DNA of 64,000 bases from Podarcis liolepis (lineage: Eukaryota), in assembly GCA_965112155.1 (NCBI GenBank), contig OZ218106.1, one strand, 5' to 3'. Shown here in pieces: positions 24,131-36,950 of the stretch. The position numbers were made by a program, and so were the translations under genes. The number at the start of each line of letters is the position of its first letter. Positions within the stretch are counted from its first letter, which is position 1. The notes beneath the pieces are model-generated. The model had not been told where the DNA came from, did not search any database, and saw only the letters and a list, made by a program, of their open reading frames with translations.

Positions 24131-27100
24131 GTCCTTGAGAAGAGGAGACACTCATAAGCTGCAGCCTTGATCTGATCCAGGCTGCACATTTTAATTTATT
24201 AAATTTCTAGAAGATCCCAGGCTGCTTCACAATATAAAAATCACAAAATACATAACATAGTAACAAACACACCATGCAGTTTAAAAGGCCACAGATTGTT
24301 TAAATACATAATATTATGTAATTGTTTATTGCACTTAAATAAGGAGCTCACGGTGGACCACGTGCTTCTCCCACTCCTCATTTAATCTGCACAACAACCC
24401 TGTGAGGTGGGTAAGGCTGAAGGCACCGACTGGCCCATGGTCACCCAGGGAGCTGTATGGGCAAATGGAGACTTGAACCCCGGTCTCTCCTGGTTTGACA
24501 CTCTAACCACAAAACCACACTGGCTCCTCGCTTTCCACAGCTTTCTAGGCCACAATCTTGCAGAACCAGTGAAGGAATACTAAAAGATTGTGCATTTAAG
24601 CACATGCAGAGAGCATTTCTCCTCTTTGCTGGGTAAGCACAGCCAGTCCTAAGGAGCAGGCATCCAAGATTGACTAAGGAAAAGTCTCTGGCTAGAGTCG
24701 CTCTCAGGTCAGGCTGAGTGCTCTCTCCTTCTCTCTCTCTCTCTCTCTCTTTCTCCCTCTCCATCACCCACCTGACTCCTCCTGGCTATGGCTTTGCAGG
24801 GCGCATCTGGCTGGACAACGTGAACTGTGGGGGCAGTGAGAAGAGCATCACGGACTGCCGGTCGAGGGGCTGGGGCAACAGCGACTGCTCCCACGAAGAA
24901 GACGCCGGTGTCATCTGCAAAGACGAGCGCATCCCTGGCTTTGTGGACTCCAATGTGATTGAGGTGGGTGGGGGGACGTTTGCTTGGGGGCAGTGGGGGG
25001 GAGGCCGGCAGGGCTGCTGTGCCTGTGGCAGCAGAGGCAGTGGGAGCTGGGGGGACCCCCGTTCCTGCTGCAGACAACTGCTCCCTAAGCATGTGGGTCC
25101 CAACAAGGCTGCATTAGTCAGAAGTGGAAGGCTTGGGAGAGCACAGGATGTTCCCTGAAAGAGACTGGAGGAGGCCCAGGCGGGGCGGGGGGGGTGGAAG
25201 GAAAGAAGGAAGAAGGGCCCCCAGGGGGATCAGCCCTGCCTTGTGCCTGGGCCTGTTGCCTGGGGCTCAGTCCCTCTTGAGGAAGGATTCAGCTACCCTG
25301 AATCTTCCAACCTCAGCTTCATGGGCTGCCCAGGTGTGGGTGTTTATGCATCTATGGCAGGCGAAAAAGAGTAGGAAACAGCAAGCGAGAGCAAGGCAGC
25401 TCTGGCCAGATGTTCCTGCTGGCTGGGACGCGTTTCCTCCACGAAGGGAGAGCAAATGTTCAGTTGGAGGGTGATTTTCCAGGAAAAATGTCTCGTGGCT
25501 CCAGCGCACAGACACTGTTAGCACAGTCTGGGATCTAGCCCTGCGGGTGTAAGGGGGTCACTGCGGAAGCGGGGAAGGAGTGGGGGGCAAGAGGGAGCCT
25601 GGCCTGAGGTGTCCCTGGGAGACCTGGCAGGGCTGCTTTGGGGCCACATTCCTTCCATTTTTCCATTGCCAGTTTGCCCCTATTATATTCTGGAGAAATT
25701 TGAGGTGGGTGAACTCTTCCCCACCCCCAGTTTTGGGCTTCCCTGCAAGCATTTCCCAGCAGGCCTGGCCCCAGTCAGGAAGTCCTCCTGGGAAGCTACA
25801 GCAGACCCCTCACCCCACACAGACCCCCTTGGCTCTTCCGTCCTCTGCTCAGGGCTTGCTCCTCACACCGCCCTGACGGCCTCCCGTCTCCAGCTGGCGG
25901 GGGTGACGTCAGCCCTGGAACTGGGGCACCAGCTGGGCAGGAGGCCAGAGGCGTTTTACACCCACAGCATTCCGTTCTGTGACTCGTCACTCGAGGGGAA
26001 AGTGGGGGCCGCCTGGCGTCACTTGGCCACAGCAAAGCCATGCTGCTTTCTATTAAGCAGGCCCCACACCCCTGTGGCTGCATTTTTGGGTCCAGGGATT
26101 CTTTTCTCAACAGCAGGAGGTCCCACCCGAGCCCCAGCCGCCTCCTTCCTCTCAGCAAAAGAGTCTCTGCCCTCTTCTTCCTCCCCCCCCCCCCACTTTG
26201 GAGACCCTGCTGGTTTTCTGTGTGTGTTGGGGGGCGGTGTTAAAAGTTGTTTTCCCAACAGGCTCCCACCAGACAGGTCCCACCTTCCATCCTCCAACTC
26301 CTCCTCCTTGCAACCCTCTCCCAACCCCCAGCAATGTGGGAATCACAACTCAAGCATCCTTTCTCGGGGTGGAACCCAGTCCCCTGCCAGGCCATGCGGT
26401 TGGGGCAGAGGTCTCTGCCTGGGGCTGACCCTCCCTCCCTCCCTCCAGACAGAGCAGAACCAGGTGGAGGAGCTGCGCCTGCGCCCCGTGGTCTCCCACG
26501 CCAAGCGGCCCCTGCCCGTGGCAGAGGGCATTGTGGAAGTCCGCCACCGGGGCAGCTGGGCACAGATCTGTGATGAGAACTGGAGCAGCCGCAACAGCCG
26601 CGTCATCTGTGGGATGCTGGGCTTCCCTGCTGAGAAGAAGGTCAACCGCAATTTCTACAAGTGAGTGACTGCATGGAGGGGGGAGAACCGAGATGCCCCC
26701 CCCATTCAGACCCTTGGAGGACAGTCTTGCCACTGACCTCCATGGGGGAGGGGGAATGGACTGGTCACATGCTGGGAAATTGCTGGTTAACATTGTCTGT
26801 CTCTGGAGACAATGGAGGAGGGTGTCTTTGGGGGTGAAGCCAGGCTGTTGAAGAGTTCCAGCTGTGACTGGAGAGACCGATAGGGGAGAGACATGTTTTG
26901 TTGCAGCTGGGGCAGAGAAATGTGGTTAGTTGCACCATGGCATTTCTTCTCTCTGCGCTCCTACCAGTGGTCATTCCTCCTCTGGTCACTGCTATAGAAG
27001 CATGACCTCACTGTCTGTCTCCAGGCACTGCGGTCATCTGTTGGGAAATCAGGAGAGGACCTTTGGACTCTTCCCCATCCTCTGCACTTAAGTCTTGGAT

Positions 27101-30100
27101 ACTGTCGTCATCATCATAGCCATGTGTCAAAACCCCCCGAGTGCAAATTCCTGTCAAGGATTACACCAAACTGGGAGGTGTCACAAATGACACAGAAGTC
27201 AGAATCTGGATTCAAGATGACCTTTAACAGATTGGGAAACTGGGCTAAAACTGTCAAAATGGATTTTAATAGGGACAAATTTCAGTTTCTACACTTAGGC
27301 AGGGATAACCAGCTTTGTATATAGAATGGGGGACACTTGACTTGACAGCAGGTCATGTGAAAAGGATCTCAGGGTCTTCTTCGATCACAAGCTTGACATG
27401 AGTCCACGGTGTGATGCAGCAGCAAAAAAGGCTAATGCAATTCTAGGCTGCATCAACAGAAGTCTAGTGTCCTGATCAAGGGAAGTCAGAGTCCTGCTCT
27501 AGTCTGTCTTGGTCAGCCTCCACCTGGAGTCCCATGTCCAGTTCTGGGCACCAAAATTTATAGGTTTGGACTGCTGTAAATGACACCCCCACCCTGGAGC
27601 TGAGCTATCCTCCAGCTCCCGTCTAGCAATGTCTATCTTGCCTTGCAAGGAGCCAGGGTCTTTGGAGGAGGTTGCTGTCTTGCCTTGGACCTTCCTGTCT
27701 TGCCAGCTAAGCTGCTTTGAATTCAGACGGTTAGATTTGGGGAGGCTGTCTGGGTGGGAGGTGGGAAGCTGCTCAGTGGAAGCAGCTCCAGCTCTTGCAG
27801 CTAGAGAACGGGAGGATTGGGGACCAACTTGGCCAGATGTTGCCCTGGGGGCTCCCCCCCCCCCGCCTGGCCCCTCGCCTGTCTTCCTGAAGAGGCCCTG
27901 TTGACTTTCCTCCCGCAGGCGGGCCAAGCGAGCTGCCAAGGGCCGGAGGAAGCCAGGCCCCCGGAAGAGGTAACGGAGCCAGGAGGCCCCTGCTTCTGTG
28001 CAGCAGGCGGCCCCTGGCCCCCCCACCCCTGAGTCCTGCCCTACCCCCCACCTGACAGGGGGCCATGCCGTCCTGCTCAGTCCGGATTCACTGGCTGTGG
28101 ATCCAGAAGGGGAGGTGGTGAACCTCCTCCCCAAACCGAGTGCCCCTTTCCGCAATGCTTCCCCTCCAGGTTTGAGGGCAGGAGGTTCACCAGGGACTCA
28201 GAGGCGCTGCTGGAGGGCTGAGCTCTCTGCTTTCTGCCTCCTCTGCCTCTCAGTGGGGCAGCACCTCTCTCTGGGGCATTCCCCAGGGGCGGATGACATT
28301 TCTTGTCTTGCCAGGGGCATGAGTGTCTCATGGCCTTAGGCTGCCCTGGAGCTGAGCCATTTCTGCTGTGCGGATGGGGGCTGGCACTGAGGAGCATGGA
28401 GAGTTGGGGGGGCAGCATTTGTCTTGATAGGACCCTTTGGAGCCCTCCCCCTATGCAGAGTTGGAATCATAGCATTATAGAGTTGGAAGGGACCTGAGGG
28501 TCATTTGACAGACAGACAGGAGAGAAGCCCTCTGGCCTTGCGATGGATCCTTGCCCGTCTCCATCACCCTGACTTGGCCTGGGGAGCTGGTGTGTCAACG
28601 GCACGGGAAGATGCCGGAATGTTTCCGAGGAAAGGAGCGGGCAGGGTGGGGGGAGAGGAGAGTGGGGCAGCACCTGAGCCATGTGAATGGGCGTCTGGCC
28701 GCGGAGGACTTTGGACAAAGGCACCAGTGTGTGCTCTGTCTGGTCCAGGGATGTCTGAGCGGTGACTCACTGCTGGGCTGAGGGCACCTCTGTGTGCCTT
28801 CAGCTGGGAAGAAAGAGGCGTCTTTGCAGGCAGGCAAGCAAAGGGGCGCTGGGAGGGAGCTGAGCACCCAGGTCCCGCCGCAACACAGGCACCGTGTAAC
28901 CTGGGTCCACTGTGTGGCATCATCAGTTTCCTCTCTGAGTCTTCCCTAAAAGGGCAAATTCTGGGAGGCTCTTCAGCTCAGCCTGAGGGCAAAAGGAGGT
29001 ATAGGAGGAAGGTTTATAAAAGCACTCAGAAAGTGCTTCTTTTGGGGGGGGGGCTCCTCTCTCTTTCATAATTCCAGGACTCAGGAAGTGATCCAATGTT
29101 GGGAGAGTTCCAGTGGGCAAAAAGGCAGTTCTTCATTGCAGAACCCGCTGGAATCCGCTGCCACAAGTCAGATGGGGGCCTCTTTAGAAGGGAATTAGGC
29201 AAATTCCTGAAGGCCAGAGGAAGTGGGTTTGCCCGGCCTCATTCCCTGGCCCAGCCTGTCCTGAGCTCTCTGTTATGACTCCCCAAAGGTCCCACCAGGT
29301 GGAAAAAAAGATCTTTCCCAGCCTTTTGAGTGTGTGCGAGAGATTTTTTTTTGGGGGGGGTATCCTGGGCTCTTCTGCATTCATAGCACCATGTCCTCTG
29401 CTGCTGAGCTAGGATCCCTCCTGGCTAAATGGAGCCTCCTTTTACAGAAGCACTCTACCATCCTACATGTGCCAGCTGCTGGGGAGAAAATGGGGACTGC
29501 AATCAGCTTTGAGGTTTCTCTCAGCACTTTGCGTGGTGCTGTGGGGCACAGTGGGGTGGGCTAGAGGGAGGCTTTGGATGCCCAGCGAGGGCGGGAGGGG
29601 GCATTCTCCTGAGTCCCAAGGCAGAAATGAGACATTGAGCCACAGAACTGCAGAGCTGGAAGAGACCTCCCCCCTGCAATGCTTGACTGCTGGTGTGGGG
29701 CTGCATGGCTTCTCTGCGTGGGGCTGGGGCTGCTGGCATGAGTCCTAGGGGAGTGGATGCCAGGCTTGCTTCTGACAAGCCTGGGCTGGCCTGTGCGGCC
29801 TGATCCATCCCGGAGCAGTGCAAATGAGCAGAGAGTTTGCAAGGATCCGGCCCCAGGGAGGGAGGGGTTCATGGTGGGCTCCGTCACTCACCTTGTCTGT
29901 CTGTCTTCCAGGCCGGTCTCCAGGTCTCGCCCCAAACATAGACGCAGGGAGGACTTTAGGGGCACCAAGAGGTAATGGGGCCTTGTGAGTCCCTGGGAGT
30001 CTGAGGGCAGGACTGGCACCCGGCTGCTGCCCTTCCAGGTCCAGAGAAGCCGAGGGCCCTGCTTGGTATGGGAGTGCAGGGGACAGCGGAAGGGGGCCAG

Positions 30101-33100
30101 ATGCTACGATGCACACCTGCCCCACAGGTGCCCCACCTGTGTGCTCCTTCCAGCCCTGCCCTCTGACCCCCTCCTATTCCCTGCAGGCTCTCCCTGGAGC
30201 GGCAGCCGCTCAACTACCGCCTGCACTCGGTGGCCTGCCTGGGGACGGAGGTGCACCTCTCCCTCTGCTCCTTCGAGTTCTACAAGGGCAACGCCACGGG
30301 CGCCTGCAGGGCGGGGATGCCGGCCGTGGTCAGCTGCGTCCCTGGGCCGCTGTTTGCCACTGGGAACGCCCAGAAGAAGAAGAGGCAGCGGCAGCAGACG
30401 GGGCAGGTGAGCGAGGAAGGAGGGAGCAGGGGGCACTTGCCCAGCCTGCCGGCTCTTTCACAGAATCCTAGAATTGTGGAGTTGGAAGGGACCCCCAAGG
30501 GTCATCTAGTCCAACCCCCTGGAACGCAGGACACAGCTGTTTATTATGACCTAAACATCCCTCCTTTCCTCCAAATGGAGCGCAAGTTGGCACCTCTTCC
30601 CATTTTGTCCTGCAACAACCCTGGAAGGCAGGTCAGGCTGAGAGATGGCAGCTGCCCAAAGATCGGCCCCTGAGCTCCAGGGTGGTGGAGTCTCTCCCAG
30701 GTCCCAGCTCTCAAACCACTGCACTGCACTACCTCTGAGGACTGTGGAGTGGGGCAGCCTCAGGGCACCACCTCCTGGGCGTCTCAACTGCCCTTTGCTC
30801 CCCACAGCAGCGCGTACGGCTGAAGGGAGGGGCCAAGCCCGGCGAGGGGCGGGTCGAGGTGCTGAAGAACGGCGAGTGGGGCACTGTCTGCGATGACCGG
30901 TGGAGCCTGGCATCCGCCAGTGTTGTGTGCCGGGAGCTTGGCTTTGGGAGCGCCAAGGAGGCTCTGACGGGGGCACGCATGGGCCAAGGTGAGCCGCTGG
31001 GGGGGGCCTGGGCTGCTCCTTCAGGGGTGCCCCCCAGTCCAACAGTCCCTCCACCCCCCCCACAGCCGTCTGGACTGCCACAGGTGCCAGAAAGGCCTGG
31101 CACGCCATGTTCATGGGGGGTCCGCCCACTCTGCATGTGCCCCCACCAGCAGAGATGTGCTCACTCTGGAAACAAGTATACTTCTACAGAAAAGACTAGC
31201 CTGGCAAAGGAAATGTGGGTGGTGGCTTGGGATGAAGAAAGGGGGCACAGGCCATCTCTGACTCCCCACCACCACCTTCCCCATAGACTGCCCCCCAAAA
31301 GGGGCTCTCGGCTGGCCATTCCCAGAGGCCCAGCGTTTCCTCTCCTGCCACAGGAATGGGCCAGATCCACCTGAACGAGGTGCGCTGCCTGGGCACTGAG
31401 AAGTCCCTCTGGAGCTGCCCCCACAAGAACATCACGCAGGAGGACTGCAAGCACACGGAGGATGCCGCCGTCCGCTGCAACGTCCCCTACATGGGCCACG
31501 AGACCACGGTCAGCACTGGGGCCCCAGGGAAGGGGGGCCTTGTCCTCTCTCCACCCCCCAAGTAGCAGCAGCAGCTCCTCCCAAAGGACGGGAAACTTCA
31601 CTAGGCTGCCTGCAGGCTTTTCCCAGCCCACAACTCCCCCTATGCAGACTGGGGCTGGCAACCCCCAGTGCACCTGTGGGGGGGGGCTTGGTTTGCGGCC
31701 AGGGCTGGGGAACCCTTGAGGCCACGATGACGTGCCCCCCACTCGGCTGGGGCTGAGGGGGCCACTGCCTTCCTGGCCTTGGCTGGTGGGAAGGGACAGC
31801 CGCCAGCTCATCGCTGGGCTTCCCCACAGATCCGCATCGCCGGGGGGCGAACTGCATTTGAGGGGCGCGTGGAGGTGAAGCACGCTGGCCGCTGGGGCAC
31901 CGTCTGCAGCACAGGCTGGAGCACCACCGAGGCCATGGTGGCCTGTCGCCAACTCGGCCTGGGCTATGCCATGCATGCCGTGACGGTAGGTGTGGGGCAG
32001 CCGTGGGGCTGGGAAGGAGGCAGTCAGGGGGAGGGGTTTCCTGGGAGGGCAGCTGGGTGAAGGAGAAGAGGCCCAGTGGAGAAGAAGAGGGGTGGGGGGG
32101 CTACTACTAGCCAAGAGAACTGTGGAGTTGGGAGGGACGCCAGAGGCCATCTAGTCTGACCCCCTGCAATGCAGGTATGGCAGCTGAAGCAGCCCTGGCA
32201 GATGGCCGCCTGCTCTGCTCCAACAAGGCAGGAGAGTCCATTGGATCTGGTGCTCTGGCCTCTGGTTGGACACGGCAGGAACAGGATTTGGGAACCAGCA
32301 CAACAGACTCCCTCAGGAGGTTGGTAGCAGAGGCTGGATGGCCCTCTGTCCCAGAGGCTTTAGTTGCGATTCCTGCATTTCAGGGGGCTGGACTAGATGG
32401 CCCTTGGAGGGCCCTTCTGAGACCCTTCGGTTTGGTGCCTCTGTTTGTGCTGGCCACAGAGAGGGGCGAAGGTGCCCCACTGCCCTGCCTCTTGTGCTCT
32501 GTCCCCAGGAAACCTGGTACTGGGATGCCAGCAACGTGACGGAGATGGTGCTGAGCGGAGTGAAGTGTGGCGGGCACGAGATGGCGCTCAGCCACTGCCA
32601 GCACCACAGCACCCTCAACTGCCCCAAGACGGGCACCCGATTCGCCGCTGGAGTCATCTGCTCAGAAAGTGAGGCAGGGGAGGGACTGCTGGGGGGCAGA
32701 AAGAGACCCCTGGGCCTGCTCCTGGGAGCAAGCCCACCTGGAAGCCCCTTGGGGGTCAGGGGAGGAAGGGGCTCCTTTGAGAGACATGCCCTCCCACCTT
32801 CACTGGGGGCCGGCTCTGAAGCCCCGGGTGTGGGGTCACTGAGAGGCAGAGGGGCCAGCCCCACAGCAGAGGCTGGCTGGCTCTTCAGGTGGCCCTATGC
32901 CTTGGGCTAGCCCCACAGCTGCTGGGCCCGGCCCCCTCCCCTTCTCTCTTCACAGCTGCCTCGGACTTGCTGCTACATGCCCCCCTGGTACAAGAGACGG
33001 CGTACATTGAGGACCGCCCTCTGCACATGCTCTACTGCGCTGCGGAGGAGAACTGCCTGTCCAGCAGCGCCCGCAATGCCAACTGGCCCTACGGCCACCG

Positions 33101-35217
33101 CCGCCTCCTGCGCTTCTCCTCGCAGATCCACAACAACGGCCGGGCCGACTTTCGCCCCAAGGCAGGGCGCCACTCCTGGGTCTGGCACGAATGTCACGGG
33201 TGAGGACGCTCTCCTCTGGGCTCAGGGCTGGGTCTCTCGCTCTTTCTATTCTGTTGTGTTTATATCCCACCTTTTCCTCCAAGGAACTAAAGGTGGCGAA
33301 GGCATGCTTCTCTCTCTGCCCTCTTCATTTAAATACTCCCAACACCCTGCAAGGTAGGCTAGTTGCCCAGGGAGCTTCATGGACCCTGGTCTCTCCTTGC
33401 CCAATGCTCTAACCACTGCACAACACTGCCATGTCTCACCCCAGGCACTACCACAGCATGGACGTCTTCACCCACTATGACCTCCTGACTTCCAATGGCA
33501 CCAAAGTCGCAGAGGGACACAAGGCCAGCTTCTGCCTGGAGGACACTGAATGCCACGAGGGTGGGTGAAGCTGCCAGGGTGCCTGTGGCCGTGGGGGGGG
33601 GGGGAGCAGGGGGCAGTGGCTGCCTTTGCTCTGAGGCTCAGAAGCCCAGATAGGAATGGGATCTAAAGGAGTCCAATGAGCTCAGGTTTGCCTACACTGA
33701 CTGGCAGCAGCTTCCCAGGGGTTCAGGGAGGAGTTTGCTGCCCCCTGGCAGGACTTGACCCCTCTCCCCTTCTTTGGACAGACGTGAGCAAGCGCTATGA
33801 ATGTGCCAACTTTGGGGAGCAGGGCATCACGGTGGGCTGCTGGGACCTCTATCGCCACGACATTGACTGCCAGTGGATAGACATCACCGACGTCAAGGCT
33901 GGCAACTACATCCTGCAGGTGAGACCAGAAGAGGGAGGGGAGGGGAGGGGAGGGCAGGGGAGGGGAGGGGAGGGGAGGGGCAGCAAACTCCGCAGGTGAA
34001 CTGCAGGTTGTGTGAATGGCAACTGTCAGGGATGCTATAGCTGCGCTTCCTGCACTGCAGGAGTTGGACTATATGGCCCTGAGAGTCCCTTCGGTAGGGG
34101 ATGAATTGAGGATTAAATCTGTAGATTAAACTTTAAACCACGTATCCCACGTGTGGGAGAAATGGAAAAGCTAAGTGGGCTGTGAAGCCTTTTTGGCAAA
34201 GTAAACACACTTAAGTCATTTTGCAGCTTCCTGAATTTTAGGAATGAGGCAGTTATACCTTTTTATACCTTTATTTGAGGTTCACTGACCTTCCTCTCTA
34301 CCTGCTGCAGAAAAGGTACCACACGTTTTAGTAAGACAAACATACAAAAATTGTTTACTTACATTTCAATGCAGGCAGCAAATACAGGAAAGTAGAAGCA
34401 CAATGACACTTTTAAGGTTGGTAGTCTCAGAACAGGGTGTGTTTGTCTGGAGGCCCCAGGCACATGACTGCTTGAGAGCATGGCAGACAGGGAGGGCAAG
34501 GGATTGTGTCACAGAATTCCCTCCCAGAGGAGACACACACAGGGGGGCCTTCCAACTCTCCATTTCTATTAAGGGAGTCCCTGCCAAGCCTGGTCTTATG
34601 AGAGGCAGGAAGCGATTCCCTCTCTACCCCACTTTCTGCCTAGTTTGTTGTAAATAGGGCCTGATCCAGCCCTGTGGCTGCAACTCTATAGACACTGACC
34701 TGGCAGCGAGCAAAAGGCCGTCCAAGGCTGGGCACCAAATCAGGCCCTGTTGAAATCAGTGGGGCAGGCATGGCAGTGGGCGCTGCACCTGTGGAGCTTC
34801 TGCCTTGCTCCCCGCTCCAGCCCTTCCTCAGGGCTTTGACGTCCAGCTCTCAGAGCACTCCCTGCCCCCCAGGATGGGTGCCAGGTCTTCCCAGCAGCCC
34901 GTGGGGCACAGGGCTCCCTTCAGCCTCCCTCCCTCCCTTCCTCCAGGTGGTGATTAACCCCCGGTACGAAGTGGCGGAGAGCGACTTCACCAACAACGCC
35001 ATGAAGTGCAACTGCAAGTATGACGGCCATCGCATCTGGGTGCACAGCTGCCATATAGGTACTTTCCAAGGGGTTTTTTTGGGGGGGGCTTGCTGGGGGT
35101 CCCCTCCTCTTCCTCATGCCCTCCTCTGGTCCTTCTGCTGCAGGTGATGCTCTCAGTGAGGAGGCAAACAGGCGCTTTGAACAGTACCCAGGACAGCTCA
35201 ATAACCAGATTTTGTAG
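23748..35217 (+). CDS. LOXL3: Lysyl oxidase-like 3 (signal peptide, 4 SRCR domains, LOX catalytic domain), ~746 aa (783 aa with two cassette exons)
   Basis: Core exons 23748-24057, 24800-24963, 26449-26660, 30187-30406, 30808-30988, 31354-31508, 31830-31985, 32509-32668, 32956-33199, 33445-33560, 33782-33918, 34947-35058, 35144-35217. SRCR motifs such as [15 protein letters not shown]; copper site [11 protein letters not shown]; LTQ residues in [11 protein letters not shown] and [17 protein letters not shown]; C-terminus [19 protein letters not shown]. Confidence 0.96.
24330..24525 (-). mobile_element. tRNA-derived SINE (MIR/L2-tail type); related copies ~580-680, 7350-7460, 30560-30730, 33240-33430, 63360-63580
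   Basis: Shared ACAACAACCCTGTGAGGTGGG, GGTCACCCAG and B-box-like TTGAACCC blocks. Confidence 0.6.
26770..27060 (-). mobile_element. RTE-clade LINE 3' remnant
   Basis: Minus-strand [19 protein letters not shown] zinc-finger-like end followed by a GTCTCCAGAGACAGAC-type tail. Confidence 0.5.
27140..27570 (+). mobile_element. Decayed CR1 LINE RT C-terminal fragment
   Basis: Translates to [61 protein letters not shown], with stops and frameshifts. Confidence 0.8.
27919..27969 (+). CDS. LOXL3: Putative LOXL3 cassette exon A (51 nt, [16 protein letters not shown])
   Basis: Pyrimidine tract plus cgcag acceptor, AG|GTAACG donor, phase 2-2 and frame-preserving within the SRCR2 intron. Confidence 0.65.
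29912..29971 (+). CDS. LOXL3: Putative LOXL3 cassette exon B (60 nt, [19 protein letters not shown])
   Basis: ctgtcttccag acceptor, AG|GTAATG donor, phase 2-2 and frame-preserving. Confidence 0.65.
30467..30525 (-). repeat. Short CR1-tail repeat (AGAATT..GAGTTGGAAGGGACC..GGTCATCTAGTCCAACCCC), more than 10 dispersed copies
   Basis: Copies near 1600, 28465, 30470, 32115, 38010, 48330, 49840, 56670, 61670 and, reversed, near 6900, 34060, 47400, 55670. Confidence 0.7.
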
Positions 35218-36908
35218 GCCAGACCACAAGCGCCACCGGCTGGCCTGCCCCACAGAAGGGGGGCTGAACCCTGAAAGCCCATGACAGACAGCGGCTCACC
35301 TGGCGCGGCACAGCCCTGAACGGTGCAAAGAAGCCAGTTGGCAATGGGCATAAGAAAAGAAGGCTGCTGACCCCCTGCTCCCCCATCCATAGGGGAGCTG
35401 GGACTGAACTGCAGGGCCAACCCCCCCACCTCAAAGCTGTTTTCCTTCCCACAAATGGGAGCATCTGACACGATGGAGAAATTGCGGGGGGGGGGTGTCA
35501 GGAGGAAGGCTGTCTACACCACTCCTGCCTGCCTGCCTGCTCAGGAGCTGCTCCTTCTGCCCCCCTGCACAGCCCCCCCCCCTTTCTGGTGCTGCAGGCT
35601 CCGAGGCCACTTCTTGTTTCCTATATAAAGTTCATGTCTTTTGTCCAACTTGCCTCCCAGCTGATGTGTGAGGAAGGGGCAGCTCAGCTCCAAGACAGGA
35701 AAAGCTCCACCCCCCCGCACCCCCCCAAAGGCCTTTGCATCGCCTGGCCAGAGCCAGCTGCACCTGGGAGGGGGCCAGGTCGGGCAGCCCCTCAGCGTGG
35801 TGGAGGGAAGGGTCCTGTAGCCCCCAAAGGGCCAGGATCACGCGAGATCACAAGACTCTGCAGAATCTGGCCAATGGCCCGGCATCCTGGTCTCACAGTG
35901 GCCAATCGGATGCCCAAAGGGACGCCCACTCATCGTCACGGCAAAGGAGGGCATCAATAATAATCTCCTCCATGAATCTGTCCCTTTCTTGAAAGCCATT
36001 CCAGTTGGTGGCCATCCTGCCTCCTGCGGGAGGGAGTTCCACAGATTCCACCGTGTGACGTCCTTCTACCCGTCCTGAACCTTCCAACATCCAGCTTCTT
36101 GGATGTCCACAATTTTGAGAGAGCAGGAGAAAAACTTCTCTCTCTGCTCTATTTCCCCCTATTAATCTGGGTGGGGCGTCTCAGATGGAGGCAGCCAAGA
36201 AGAAAAAGGGGCATTTAGGACACCCACCCCACCCCACGGGACCCCCCTCCCTTGGCCACTTCAGAGCTATGTGAGAAATGTCCTAATGGAGCCCTGCGGT
36301 CAGTCGGCCGGCCTGGCCTAATTCTCCTGCAAGAGCCCCCCCTCGCCCCCCCTTACTTTCCGTGTCCTGTTTTCCTTCCTGGCTGGGCTGCAGAGAAACA
36401 AATTCCACGGCTGGAGGTGAAAGAGAGGCCTGTCTGGGCAGCCGGTGGTGGCACAGAGGGACTCCCCACCCCTCCCAGTGAGACACAGCCGAGCCCCTCA
36501 AAAGCAAACAGCCCCCCACTCCACCCCCCAAAATTCCTGGGGCTTAGCAAGACCACTTCCAAGGCAAACCACCCCCGGCAGAAATCAGCCCACTTGGGAG
36601 CAAGGACAGCGGCAGAGCAGAAAGGAATCTGTGTCGCCATCGCTAAGCGCTGAGGTGGCACGTCTCTTTGGTCAGGGGGGCGGCTCTTCTGGGCCCACCT
36701 CCAGTAGCCCGCCCTCCCTCCCTCCCTCAGTGCAAGCCTTGTTTTTTGGGGGGGAAGGGAGAGTGCCCCCCCCCGTTCCTCCAGGGCGAGGCAACAGATG
36801 TGCCAGTCCTTTGAGCCGCCCGGGCAGCAGTTGTGAAGCCCCCACCTCAAATGAGGCCAGCAGGAGCCACTGCAGAGCTGCTAAATTAAACACCCTCGAG
36901 CATCCCAT

Positions 36909-36914
36909 AATAAA
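36909..36914 (+). terminator. LOXL3 poly(A) signal AATAAA
   Basis: First canonical AATAAA I found after the LOXL3 stop (~1.7 kb 3'UTR). Confidence 0.6.
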
Positions 36915-36944
36915 GACGAAGCTGCTGCCCCCTTGGCAGAACCC

Positions 36945-36950
36945 TTTATT
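36945..36950 (-). terminator. HTRA2 poly(A) signal (TTTATT on +)
   Basis: AATAAA on the - strand ~800 nt past the HTRA2 stop. Confidence 0.6.

Noticed and set aside
22713-24170. 485-aa ORF as an N-terminally extended LOXL3
   Set aside because: The upstream part is CpG-island read-through. The real start is ATG 23748, which follows a splice acceptor and begins a signal peptide.
25609-26664. 351-aa ORF
   Set aside because: Only the last 212 nt are a LOXL3 exon; the rest is intronic read-through.
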